Source of the DNA: Eledone cirrhosa
Taxonomy: Eukaryota
Direction of reading: 5' to 3'
DNA length: 64,000 bases
NCBI GenBank assembly: GCA_964016885.1
Contig: OZ024743.1
Location: 377,518,001-377,582,000, forward strand
Shown here piece after piece: positions 29,101 through 40,007 of the stretch (its first letter is position 1; every line of letters begins with the position of its first letter). The position numbers and the translations under genes were made by a program. Below the pieces are notes generated by a model. It was not told the origin of the DNA and ran no database searches. It saw nothing but the letters and a program-made list of their open reading frames with translations.

Positions 29101-32100
29101 GTTTTTTTTTATAATGGCACTAGCACTAACATTTTACAGAGTGCACTGAGTGTGTTTTATCATGGTACCATTTTACAGACTGCACTGAGTGTATTTTACC
29201 ATGGCACCAGCACTAACAAAATCAATGTAAAGAAAAGAGGAAAACATTGATACTCTGAGCAATTTGTCCCTCGTCAAGATAGATAGAAAATATGATGCTA
29301 AGAAGAAAAAGAAGAGATTTTGAAAAGAAAAAATTAAATTTACACTTAAACAGATAGCATTTTATAGAAGGTTTATTGGACATTATAATGATGAAAGTTA
29401 GAAAGAGATATGGAGGAAGAATCAACCCCAGTACTAAACTGGTGCTATTTTTATCAACCTGGAATGGATGAAAGGCAAAGTTGACCTCGGCACAATTTGA
29501 ACTCAGAGAGCAGTGAGTCAAAACAAATACCGTAAAACATTCCATCCAACATTCTAACGACTTTGCCAATTCACCGTCTTATAAGCTGTGTACCTGTGTG
29601 TAAACACAAACATGTTTTATAACCAGCATGCACAAACAAGTGAATGCACAAACAAGTGTCTACAAAAGATTAGTTGCCTAAAATAATGTAGTAAATAATT
29701 CTGTCTAACATCCCCAGCAATTTGGAGGAAAGTTTAAATTGATTATATCAAGACCAGTACTTAACTGGTAATGTATCGACCCTCAAAAGATGAAAGGCAA
29801 AGTTGACTTTGGCAGGATTTGAACTCAGAACGTAGAAAATCAGAACTAAATACGACAAAGCATTTTGTCCAACACTCTACTGATACTGCTCCTTGGTGAG
29901 ACTTGAACTAAGTGTTCAGACAGCAAGAAGAAATACTGTAAGGCATTCATCCTATCTGACAGTCTAATGACTCTGCCAATCCACTGGCTTATGTAGTAAT
30001 AAATATATTTATTGTACATTCATACAACAGAGACTTCGAACAACACAAAGAAATGATGATGATACATCTGTGCACGCTTTTGTCAGAGGAAAGAAAAATT
30101 GCACAAGATTTCTACCTCTAAAACAGAGGCAATGTTGCTCTAAAGCTATAATTTAAAAAAGGATATCAGAATAGAGGTCAAAAACAAAGTATCCGAGATC
30201 ACTTCTCTCTCGTTCAGCTTGGTAATCATGTAAATTCTTCCTGTTAAATAAAAATGGTAGAGAACAATCATCATCTTAAACCTTTTTCATTATCATATTT
30301 CTGATGAAGCACAATATCCATATGTTACAATGAATATTGAATATAACCAAACAATTTGGAACAATTTAGTAAAATAATTGACATTTACATAATCAAGATG
30401 GTATTAAGAACATGTCTTAAAAGATTCTTGATATTATGGAAAGTTTGAGGTTTTGTAGAATAAAGATATTTTTTATAGCTTAGAAAAGGCAAGGCAACAC
30501 CCATGTCCCTTTTTAGGGTCTCCAAGTCTGATTGGGAGTGGGACCACAAGTCAAAGGGTGCAGAAATAGAGAGCATGATATGAAAATATCAAGTAGTAGT
30601 AATAGTAGTAGTAGTAGTAGTAGTAATAAAGACAGAATGATCACAGCTAATATGTCTTTCATTATAAAGTCTGTTAGATCAGGGTTGTCATTGGGCTAAA
30701 CAATAATTATCACCATAATAATTATGAAATGATGAAGCAAATTTATAAGACAGGAAGGCTATGGCTAAATGCCTTTGCTGGATCAAAACTGATCTGGTCT
30801 GCTGGATAAGAGCTGACCGGGAAAGAAAGGCAGGGAAGGAAAACTTAAACAATGACAACAACCAAAGTAGAATCTTATTTTATGTTGCAAAATAAGAGGA
30901 AGTAACTTAGAAATGTCTCATTCTCTGGAAACAAATCACTGGATTTTACTTGGTACAAGTTTACTTACATTTTCCTAATCCCACATATGAAGCCGAAACA
31001 TTTGCAATTAAACATGTGCCTGGTAGAACCCAACAATAAATAATGGGCTACATTATTTCCTTGAGAATGATGGTAACATCAATGAGACAGCTCTAAGTTA
31101 CTTTCACATTTTTTGCAGAGTAAAGTAAGATTCAACCAACGATCACAACCACCACCATTACTATCATCACTATAATAATGAAGTGAATGGTTACAGGTGG
31201 AATGCCTTTATTTATTATAGATATGAACTGGATCAGAACTGATGAGTGAGGGTAGGGGCAAACAACACCGACAAACTCCACCACCACCATCATAATAATA
31301 ATAATGGATTCTAATTTATGCACAAGGCCAGCAATTTGAGGAAGCAGAGACAGTGGATTACATGAAGCCCAGTTCTTGTTTGGTACTTTATTTTATCATC
31401 GATCCTGGAAAGATAACAGGCCCAGGTGACCATAGCCGGTTTCGAACGTTCTACCTAATCTCACAAATAACCATAATTATTTCTAGCATTAGCACAAGAC
31501 CAGCAATTTGAGGAAAGTAAAAGTTGATTATATCGGCCCAGTACATGTGTGGTACTCTATTTTATTGCCCCCGTAAGGATGAACGGTAAAGTCGACTTCG
31601 GCAGGATTTGAACTCAGAACATAAAGAGCCGTAACTATATTCTGCAAAGCATTTTGTCTTGACAAATAATTATAATGAAGTGAATAACGGAGAAAATCTA
31701 ACTTTTCTGACGTCAATCCAGTAAGACTGTCTCAGAAATATTTCATATGTATTCCATATGTATTAAAATAACACAGAGAAATCAGGCCCGCGGCAGCCTT
31801 TTTTTTTTTTAACGATATATTATTCTCGCCGAGATCAACAAAATAAAGTAACAGTCAAATAGATCGATATAATCGACTTTCCTCTTCCTCCTAATTGCTG
31901 AACTTGTGGCAAAGGTTAGAAAGAAGAGGCCTATAAAATAAAGTACCAGTAACGTACTGGTGTCGATTTTATCACACACACCCCTCTCTCAAATTGCTGG
32001 CCTTGTGCCTAAATCAGAAACCATTATTATTATTTTAGTAGTAACAGTAGTGGCGGCTCTTTACTTTTTTGATACCGCCGGTATCAGCTTTGTTTTTCAT

Positions 32101-32263
32101 CCTTCCGAGGATGTTTGATGGTGTAAGTAAAATAAGTCGGTTAACTTTACCCTAGATCTAAGGTATACGTGTCATTTAGAGTAAACAAAACATATGGCAG
32201 TGATAAATAACGGAAGGGTGAGATGACGAAGATTTGTTAACTAAACACAGAAACACATATGCA

Positions 32264-32317
<54 letters not shown>

Positions 32318-32665
32318 CATGCTTAATATAGAAATGGTATCTACAGGACTAGAACTGTTCCCTGATGATTTCTTTTGAATGAAACAGTTCTAGTCCTGTA
32401 TGATGTTTACACTCTATTGAGTACCTTACTATCTGTGGTTACCCCCGTTTGAACCTTTACTCACATATATATCTGAGCCTTATTTGAGATAGATCAATAT
32501 GCATATAATATTTCGAAGTCTTATGATGTGATCAATAATGCCATTTTTACTTCTAGAAAATGTTTTTGTCAAGAGAAATGCCATATAGACACAGATATAT
32601 ATAAGAAACTAACAAATATTTTCACTCTACTGTATAATTTGCTGAGTTGATTTCCGTTTATTTTT

Positions 32666-32708
<43 letters not shown>

Positions 32709-33551
32709 CAGGCCATTTTCATTCATCTAACATAGCATTATCTACGGATTGTGTTCCTCTTCAAGACAATGGTAGTGGTGGTGTGTGTGATTTGAGGGTG
32801 ATTTTGGTTGTTATTTTTAACAGATCGTGCGACCAAACAGATGCTCCCTTTTTCTTTCGAATAGATGTCATTGATATGATTAAATTAACCGACCCCCTTT
32901 GATCACGAATGACCATGGGATTTGCACCTAGAAAGTTCCCCTCCAAGGCACAAGTCCGGACAACGTTGTTTATGGAAGACCATCAATCGTCCATACAAAC
33001 CAGTCTCCCCTCTCCTCGCCACTGATGTTGTCCAAGGTAAAGGCAATGGCTGATACAGCTGGCACCAGTGACATTGCATCTCATTTCTACAGCTGAGTAA
33101 ACTGGAGCATTCCCCCAACATATAAAAATATATATTATATATTCGATAGATAAAAGAGACCCCTGTGATCGTTTGATATGCTAAAAATAACAGCTACATC
33201 ATACATACATTCATAAACACACACATATAAATGTACAGTAATACATACATTCATAAACACACACATATAAATGTACAGTAATACATACATTCATAAACAC
33301 ACACATATAAATGTACAGTAATACATACATTCATAAACACACACATATAAATGTACAGTAATACATACATTCATAATCACACACATATAAATGTACAGTA
33401 ATACATACACATGGACACGGCCTGTCTTGATACTTGTGTCTGCTTTAAGGTTAATAAGACCTGTAGATAGGAAACAGGCGAACGTTAGTGTAGCCATTAC
33501 ACTCAGTGTGAAAGCAAAGATTGTATTTGCTCGGGAAAGAAAAGTATTCAT
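26108..33551 (-). CDS. SPCS3: Signal peptidase complex subunit 3 (SPC22/23); join(33551-33409,30240-30167,28717-28641,27011-26896,26237-26108), 179 aa
   Basis: Spliced translation MNTFLSRANTIFAFTLSVMATLTFACFLST...V|KNLHDYQAERERSDLGYFVFDLYS|DISRLFNWNVKLLFLYLTAEYETADH|KFNQVIIWDKII...KYHFWDLGNGLR|GNKNVTLSLSWNVIPNAGTLP..* is recognisably SPCS3. Exons 143+74+77+116+130 = 540 nt stay in frame, with valid splice sites. Confidence 0.97.
28100..28480 (-). mobile_element. Old RTE-type LINE 3' fragment in SPCS3 intron 3 (related copy at 44060-44350, +)
   Basis: AAEMGFLRRV...IERSQLR..VVRM..ER...RWLDNI. Confidence 0.7.
28718..30166 (-). other. U12-type (minor spliceosome) AT-AC intron, SPCS3 intron 2
   Basis: 5' end ATATCCTTTT; branch site TTTCCTTAAT close to the 3' end; terminal ...CCGAAC. 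Only these boundaries keep the reading frame. Confidence 0.95.
28860..29220. repeat. ~42-bp degenerate tandem array derived from the RTE 3' UTR
   Basis: Repeated TGGGTGTGTTTTATCATGGCACCAGCACTA.CATTTTACAGAGTGCAC. A similar array lies at 35275-35500. Confidence 0.7.
33201..33408. repeat. 40-bp minisatellite (5.2 copies) at the start of SPCS3 intron 1
   Basis: ATACATACATTCATAAACACACACATATAAATGTACAGTA starts at 33201, 33241, 33281, 33321 and 33361 (last copy has one substitution). Confidence 0.95.
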
Positions 33552-34067
33552 CTTGTAGAAATAATTCAAGAAACCTTCGACATTAAAACGGAACTTCCTT
33601 TATTTATGGAGGACAAGAGACCAGCTCAGCATAAATTCTTTCGTATTTCTAATAATTTAAAATTATTGGTTTATACTGCGTTTTATATGTATATAAATAT
33701 GTTATCAAAATTATTCAATATTTGTCAGGTATTTGGAAATTTATCATTTAATAAATTATTACAATAAAAAAAATTTTCGCCGAAGAAAAATTATGCTGTC
33801 AAATTTCCGTCAATTTTCGGCTGTTGTTTTTCCGTAAATCATCGTAAAGTTCCGGAAATTTCTTGTTTCGAAATTCATTTTGTTGTGCTTTAAATGAATT
33901 ATCGCTGTATATTTAATTTGACTTTTTATTCATCGATTCTGCGAAATTAAGAAATTAAATATCAGACACACAGACATGTATATTATATATATATTTGATA
34001 TAGAAATGGTGTCTACATGATGTTTACACTCTACTAATGTATTGAGTACCTTACTGTGGTTATATAT

Positions 34068-34399
<332 letters not shown>

Positions 34400-35560
34400 G
34401 CTAGCACGAATAAGGTGTTTATGGATACATTGAATTATGTATAACATACTTAAAGTGTCTCTCTCTCCCTCCAGGTATTTTAATAAATGATAATAATTGT
34501 TTCTACTTTAGGCACAAGGCCAGCAATTATCCAGTGCATTACTGGTACTTTATTTTATCGACCCCGTAAGGATGAAAGGCAAAGTTAACCCAGTGACCAT
34601 TTTTGCAAGCTTTATAAACATCATAAGCATTGCTGGGGAAACAAGACTATGTGTATGTTTATGATACATAAACACGTTGTATATCGTTCAACAAATGGAT
34701 TTATACTGAATCACGCTGTGTTAGTGCTACTACTTGTACTATATATAAATAAACTTTCAACCAAAATAGTTTGTTTACAAAGCCTATAAATCGTTCAAGT
34801 CTTCCATACCTCAGTATCTTGGAATAAGCGTTACTGAAGATGAATAAATATTTTGAAATATTTGGAATAGTAAATTATATTTGTTATATGTGTTTATACA
34901 TGGAGACAGCATTCTAACACGTTCTGGGATAGTTAAACATATTCACAGCAAGAATATATGTATGTTTATTATATACAAACATCTTGCCTAGACACAAATA
35001 TAGCTGTGTGGTTCAGGAGTTTGGTTCACAAAGACATGGTTTCAGGTTCACTCCCATTGTATGTCACCTTTGACAAGTGTCTTCCATTATAGCCTCAGAT
35101 TGACTGATGCCTTGTAAGTGAAATTTGGTAGGCATAAACTGCTGTGTATCATCACCATCATCGTTAACATCTATTTTCCATGCTTTCATGGGTTTGATGG
35201 GTTTTTATGTTATAATGCTACACAAGATAAGTGATCAGGTCTTGCTCATACAGATCTGTTTTTTTTACTTTGTTTTCTATGACCGGATGCCTTTTATAAT
35301 GCTAACCACTTTACTGTGTGTACTGGGAGTTTTTTTGGGGGGTGGCACCAGCACTATTACTTTACAGAGTGGACTGAGTGCTTTTCATCACGGCACCAGA
35401 ACAACCACCTTGCAGGGTGAACTGGGTGTTTTTTGTTGCGGCACCAGCATGACCACCTTTCAGGATGAACTGGATGATTTTTGTCATGGCACCAGCATTG
35501 TGGGAGAGCGGGTGTGGAGCATATCTGACTTTTCATACATGTATATATATATATATATAT

Positions 35561-35743
35561 ATAGTTATGTAATAAACAACATAAGATAATTATTTCATTT
35601 ACCAAAGGTTTCACGAAGACAGACGAGCCTGACAGACATTTGACTTCGCTCGTCAGAATGAAAATTTATTTAAATAAATTTTTATTCTGACGAGCGAAGT
35701 CAGGCTCGTCTGTTTTCGTGAAACCTTTGGTAAATGAAATAAT
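35561..35743. mobile_element. Foldback mini-element with two canonical hammerheads, interrupted by the Gypsy insertion (continues at 39900-39931)
   Basis: TTTCATT-CTGACGA-GCGAAG..CTTCGT-GAAACCTTTGGTA-AATGAAA at 35593-35663 (-), with a near-identical copy at 35680-35739 (+). Confidence 0.8.
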
Positions 35744-36067
35744 TGTGGGTATGGTGTGGCGTACGGTGGCCAGGGACGGAGGGGGGGGAGTGCTCGACCG
35801 GAAGGGGTTTTTGAGTGCTCGACCGGAAGGATGCTTGACCGGAAGGGCCAGGAGAGGGCCTCTCTCTAGTGGTGACCAGCATACGGTGAGGACGCGTTTT
35901 GGACAGCTCCCGGTGTTAAGCAGTCGGACGCACGTGGAAGAGGAGTACCTGCAGTGGAATTTAGCGGCGCCTGTGAAAAGCGGTAAGTGAGATAGCTTTT
36001 TCTAACCACAAGCTATTTCGGCGACTGAAAAAAAAAAGAAAACACTTGCCGCAAAACAAATCAGAAG

Positions 36068-36829
36068 ATGGCGACAAGACTACGGATGAACGAAGCTATC
36101 AGGCCATTCACCGGGGAAGGTGATGTTGTCGCTTGGCTGCGGAAGGTTCGGCTGGTCGCGGGCTTGCAGAAGATAGAAGACGTGGCCGGTCTCATTGCAT
36201 TGTACCTCGAGGGCGACGCGTTGGTACTCTTCCTTGAGTTGGACGAGCACAGCCAAAGAGATGTGCAGAAGATTGAGAGGCGTCTGATGGATGCATTCGC
36301 CGAGGGACCGTTGGCGGCTTTTGCTAAGCTGGCGAGAATCAGGTGGAATGGTGAGCGCGTCGACATTTTCGCAGCGGAAATAAGGCGGCTGGCTATGTTG
36401 GCCGGTTACCAGGCGGAATGCGAACGCACGGTGCGGTTGGCATTCATCAATGGATTTCCGGACGACATAGCGGTGAAATTGCAGCAAGTCCCGGGGTACA
36501 AGGAGATGGAAATGCGTTCACTGGTGGAACAAGCCCGGATCATAGCGGAAGATGCCAAAAAGAGTGTCGCGGCGATAGCGACTACGGAGGCTCAGGACAC
36601 CTGGCAGCGAAATGGTCAAAGGGAGGCAACCTCGGCACGCGGCCGTTCGCGAGAATTTAGGGGCCGCTGTTTTAGGTGTCACGGCCCGCATATGGCTAGG
36701 GACTGTAGAGAGTCGAAGCCGGATATAATTTGCTACCGGTGTAAGCGACCAGGCCACATCGCTACTAACTGCGACCAGGGAAACGGTCCAAGGGTAACTA
36801 CTGCGCCGGTAGTTGCTCCTTACGAGTAG
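36068..36829 (+). CDS. gag: Gypsy Gag with two CCHC zinc knuckles
   Basis: CFRCHGPHMARDC and CYRCKRPGHIATNC. Confidence 0.9.
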   Translation: MATRLRMNEAIRPFTGEGDVVAWLRKVRLVAGLQKIEDVAGLIALYLEGDALVLFLELDEHSQRDVQKIERRLMDAFAEGPLAAFAKLARIRWNGERVDIFAAEIRRLAMLAGYQAECERTVRLAFINGFPDDIAVKLQQVPGYKEMEMRSLVEQARIIAEDAKKSVAAIATTEAQDTWQRNGQREATSARGRSREFRGRCFRCHGPHMARDCRESKPDIICYRCKRPGHIATNCDQGNGPRVTTAPVVAPYE

Positions 36830-39618
36830 CGGCGCTGCCCGTGGTGGAAGTCTTCGTGAGGGGGAAGCCACAGCGAGCCCTCGTGGATACGGGCTGTACG
36901 ACGACACTGGTGGCCGCGGGGGTGGTGCAGAGGTGGGGAGGGAAGAGCAGCGTAAGGGCAGTCGACGGCAGGAAAATTGAATGCCGAGGCCGCAGCGAGA
37001 TGGAAATAGCGGTACGGGGAAGGGCGATAAGGCTTTCCGCCATCGTGGTAGACAGTGTGGTGGATGGGATCGGCGTGGTTATGGGCATGGACGCGATTGG
37101 CCGTCTAGGGGGCGTCACGGTGAACAATGTCGGTGTGTCGTTTGGCGCCGCTGCATCGGTATGCGCTGTGAGTGCACGTCATGAGAACCAGAAGGCCCAC
37201 GAGGAGCAATACCCCGCTTACACTGTACAGGACAAGGACTTCAAGGCCGTGTTTGATGGGCAGCGATGGGTTGTTGAGTGGTACTGGAAGGGAGAACCAC
37301 CAACACTGAAGACCAAAGTGGGCTGCTATCAACACACATTGAAGGGAAACGCTAGGGGCGAGTTCGAGCAAGAAGTAGAGAGATGGATCGAAGAGGGCAT
37401 ACTGCTTCCCTGGAAGGAGGAGGTGAAGTGCGGAGTATTGCCGTTGATGGCGGTGGTGCAACCCACGAAGAGCAAGGTGAGGCCGGTGCTGGACTATCGA
37501 GAGCTGAACGAGCACGTGTCATGCCACACGGGTGGCGAGGTCACGGATGTCTGTGGGGAAACCCTGCGTGAGTGGAGATGCATGACGGGGGGTTCAGCAA
37601 TCGTGGATCTAAAGTCGGCTTACTTGCAGTTGCATATAGATGAGAAGCTCTGGCGGTATCAGCTGGTCAGGTATAAGGGCCGGACATATTGCCTGACCAG
37701 GCTCGGTTTCGGGCTGAGCTCCGCACCGAAGATCATGGCGGCGGTCCTCAAGACCGCTCTGGGGAGGGCCGACAAGATAAAGAGGGCTACTAACTCCTAC
37801 ATTGACGACATCCTAGTGGACGAGTCGGTGGTGTCGACGGCGGAGGTCACGAGCCATTTGCGGAGGTATGGACTGACTGCGAAGCCATCAGAAGCATTGG
37901 AGGGAGGAGCCGCGCTGGGACTTAGGCTACGGCGAGATAAGACGGGCGTTTTGGTGTTCCAGGGGGGAAACGAAGTTCCGGAACTGGGCCCAAGTATGAA
38001 TAGGCGGGAGCTTTTCTCGGTGTGTGGAAAGCTGGTGGGTCACTACCCGATCGCTGGGTGGCTCCGGACGGCATGCAGCTATGTCAAGAGACGAGCGGGA
38101 GGGGTGACTTGGAGTGACAGAGTGGGAGAGAGAACGGTGGCCATGATGCAGGAGATCGTGGGGGAGGGTGAAGGCCGACGACCCAGTGCGGGGACGCTGG
38201 TACGTTCCCAAATCACGGAGCGGGACCGTATGGTGCGATGCCAGGGTGAGGTCGAGGATGCAGCCTGGCTTAGAAAGAAGGACGACTGCAGCCACATCAA
38301 TGTGGCCGAGCTGGACGCGGTGTTGAGAGGGGTGAACCTCGCCCTGCGGTGGGGGCTGCGCACCATCGAGATACGCACCGACTCGGCTACCGTACTCGGA
38401 TGGGTAAGATCAGTGCTCACCAGTGAGAAGAGAGTGCGAACGAGAGGCGCGGCGGAGATGCTGATAAAGCGCCGCCTGGGAACGTTAGGAGAGCTGGCCA
38501 CCGAGTTCGACCTGAAGCTGAGCGTAGTGTTCGTGCCCTCAGAGAAAAATAGGGCGGACATCTTAACTAGAGTGAAGAAAGCCTGGATGGAAGCGCCGGA
38601 GGAGGTAGAGGGTGAGATAGCTGCCGTGTGTCGGCTGACCGAGTTAGACCTGAAGGGGTTGCATGACATGCACCACATGGGGGTGGATAGGAGCCTGTTC
38701 CTAGCCAGGAGAATCGACTCGGACGTTAGCAGACACAGTGTTCGGGGGGTGGTTAGAGGCTGCGTCCGATGTCAGTCCATTGATCCCGCCCCGGGTGTAC
38801 ACGAAACGGGAAGCCTCCCGGTGGATCGCGACTGGAAGCGATTAGCGGTGGATGTGACGCACTACCGGCAGGGAACGTACCTCTCGATGGTCGACTGTGG
38901 ACCAGGTCGAATGGCGATATGGAGGGAGATGAAGACTGGAACGGCCGAGGAAATCGTGCGGACGTTGAGAGAGGTGTTCTTGGAGCGAGGCCCTGTGGAT
39001 GAACTGCTGATGGACAACAGCGCAGCGTTCCGCTCGGAGGCACTGAGGGAGATGCTCGATGGATGGAAGGTGGACCGTTTCTTCAGAGCGGCGCACAGGC
39101 CGAGCGGGAATGGAATCGTGGAGCGACACCACCGGACGATCAAGGCAATGGCGGAGCGGGGCCATATCTCACCAATGGAGGCAGTGTTCTGGTACAATAT
39201 GTCCCCTCGGGTTGGACAGGTCGAGGAATCGGTGCCACACAGAGCAGTATTCAAATACGAGTGGCGGCACCCGTGCACGCCACCACAACGGCCAGTGGGG
39301 AGAGAGAGTGTATTCGTGCAGGTGGGCCAAGAAGTCTGGGTTAAGCCCCCAGATGCACGGTGCACATCTCAATGGGGAAGGGGAACGGTGACGGCCGTAA
39401 ATTCAAAGAAGAATGTGTCCGTGGACGGGGTACCACGTCATGTCCTGGATGTAAGAAGAATCACTGTGTCGACGGACTCCGAGGAAGAGGAAACCCAAGA
39501 TGAGGTGGAAACCCAGAGCCCTGCCCCAATACTACGAAGATCGCAACGAAGTCGTAGACCACCGACCTGGACGGCAGACTTTCATATGCAGAGGGACGAG
39601 GGGGAAATTGATCCTTGA
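36784..39618 (+). CDS. pol: Gypsy Pol (protease, RT, RNase H, integrase), -1 frame relative to gag
   Basis: ALVDTGC; VDLKSAY / YIDD; HINVAELDA..IRTDS; HH-CC; DVTHY..MDN..GIVERHH. The frame is open from the GGGAAAC slippery site. Confidence 0.9.
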   Translation, partial: RSKGNYCAGSCSLRVAALPVVEVFVRGKPQRALVDTGCTTTLVAAGVVQRWGGKSSVRAVDGRKIECRGRSEMEIAVRGRAIRLSAIVVDSVVDGIGVVMGMDAIGRLGGVTVNNVGVSFGAAASVCAVSARHENQKAHEEQYPAYTVQDKDFKAVFDGQRWVVEWYWKGEPPTLKTKVGCYQHTLKGNARGEFEQEVERWIEEGILLPWKEEVKCGVLPLMAVVQPTKSKVRPVLDYRELNEHVSCHTGGEVTDVCGETLREWRCMTGGSAIVDLKSAYLQLHIDEKLWRYQLVRYKGRTYCLTRLGFGLSSAPKIMAAVLKTALGRADKIKRATNSYIDDILVDESVVSTAEVTSHLRRYGLTAKPSEALEGGAALGLRLRRDKTGVLVFQGGNEVPELGPSMNRRELFSVCGKLVGHYPIAGWLRTACSYVKRRAGGVTWSDRVGERTVAMMQEIVGEGEGRRPSAGTLVRSQITERDRMVRCQGEVEDAAWLRKKDDCSHINVAELDAVLRGVNLALRWGLRTIEIRTDSATVLGWVRSVLTSEKRVRTRGAAEMLIKRRLGTLGELATEFDLKLSVVFVPSEKNRADILTRVKKAWMEAPEEVEGEIAAVCRLTELDLKGLHDMHHMGVDRSLFLARRIDSDVSRHSVRGVVRGCVRCQSIDPAPGVHETGSLPVDRDWKRLAVDVTHYRQGTYLSMVDCGPGRMAIWREMKTGTAEEIVRTLREVFLERGPVDELLMDNSAAFRSEALREMLDGWKVDRFFRAAHRPSGNGIVERHHRTIKAMAERGHISPMEAVFWYNMSPRVGQVEESVPHRAVFKYEWRHPCTPPQRPVGRESVFVQVGQEVWVKPPDARCTSQWGRGTVTAVNSKKNVSVDGVPRHVLDVRRITVSTDSEEEETQDEVETQSPAPILRRSQRSRRPPTWTADFHMQRDEGEIDP

Positions 39619-40007
39619 GATCAGGGGGGCGTGTGGGTATGGTGTGGCGTGCGGGGGGGGGGTGCTCGACCGGAAGGGGTTTTTGAGTGCTCGACCGGAA
39701 GGGGTCTTTGACCGGAAGGATGCTTGACCGGAAGGGCCAGGAGAGGGCCTCTCTCTAGTGGTGACCAGCATACGGTGAGGACGCGTTTTGGACAGCTCCC
39801 GGTGTTAAGCAGTCGGACGCACGTGGAAGAGGAGTACCTGCAGTGGAATTTAGCGGCGCCTGTGAAAAACGGTAAGTGAGATAGCTTTTTCTAACCACAA
39901 TAATTATCTTATGTTATTTATTACATAACTAAAAAGCTCTGTAGTCTACATAGAGCACTCTCTTTTCCTTTACCTTTCCTACGGAAACACTTCATATATA
40001 TATATAT

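Larger units (their letters stand above)
35744..39899 (+). mobile_element. Full-length Ty3/Gypsy LTR retrotransposon
   Basis: LTRs at 35744-36010 and 39632-39899 (TG...CA). 5-bp TSD ATAAT (35739-35743 / 39900-39904). PPT GAGATCAGGGGGGCG. Domain order gag, PR-RT-RH-IN. Confidence 0.97.

Noticed and set aside
33201-33408. CRISPR-like regular repeats (also 61141-61330)
   Set aside because: Head-to-tail units with no unique spacers, eukaryotic context and no cas genes.
33291-33569. 92-aa single-exon ORF
   Set aside because: This is SPCS3 exon 1 reading into the intron minisatellite. The real start is ATG 33551 and the donor is 33408.
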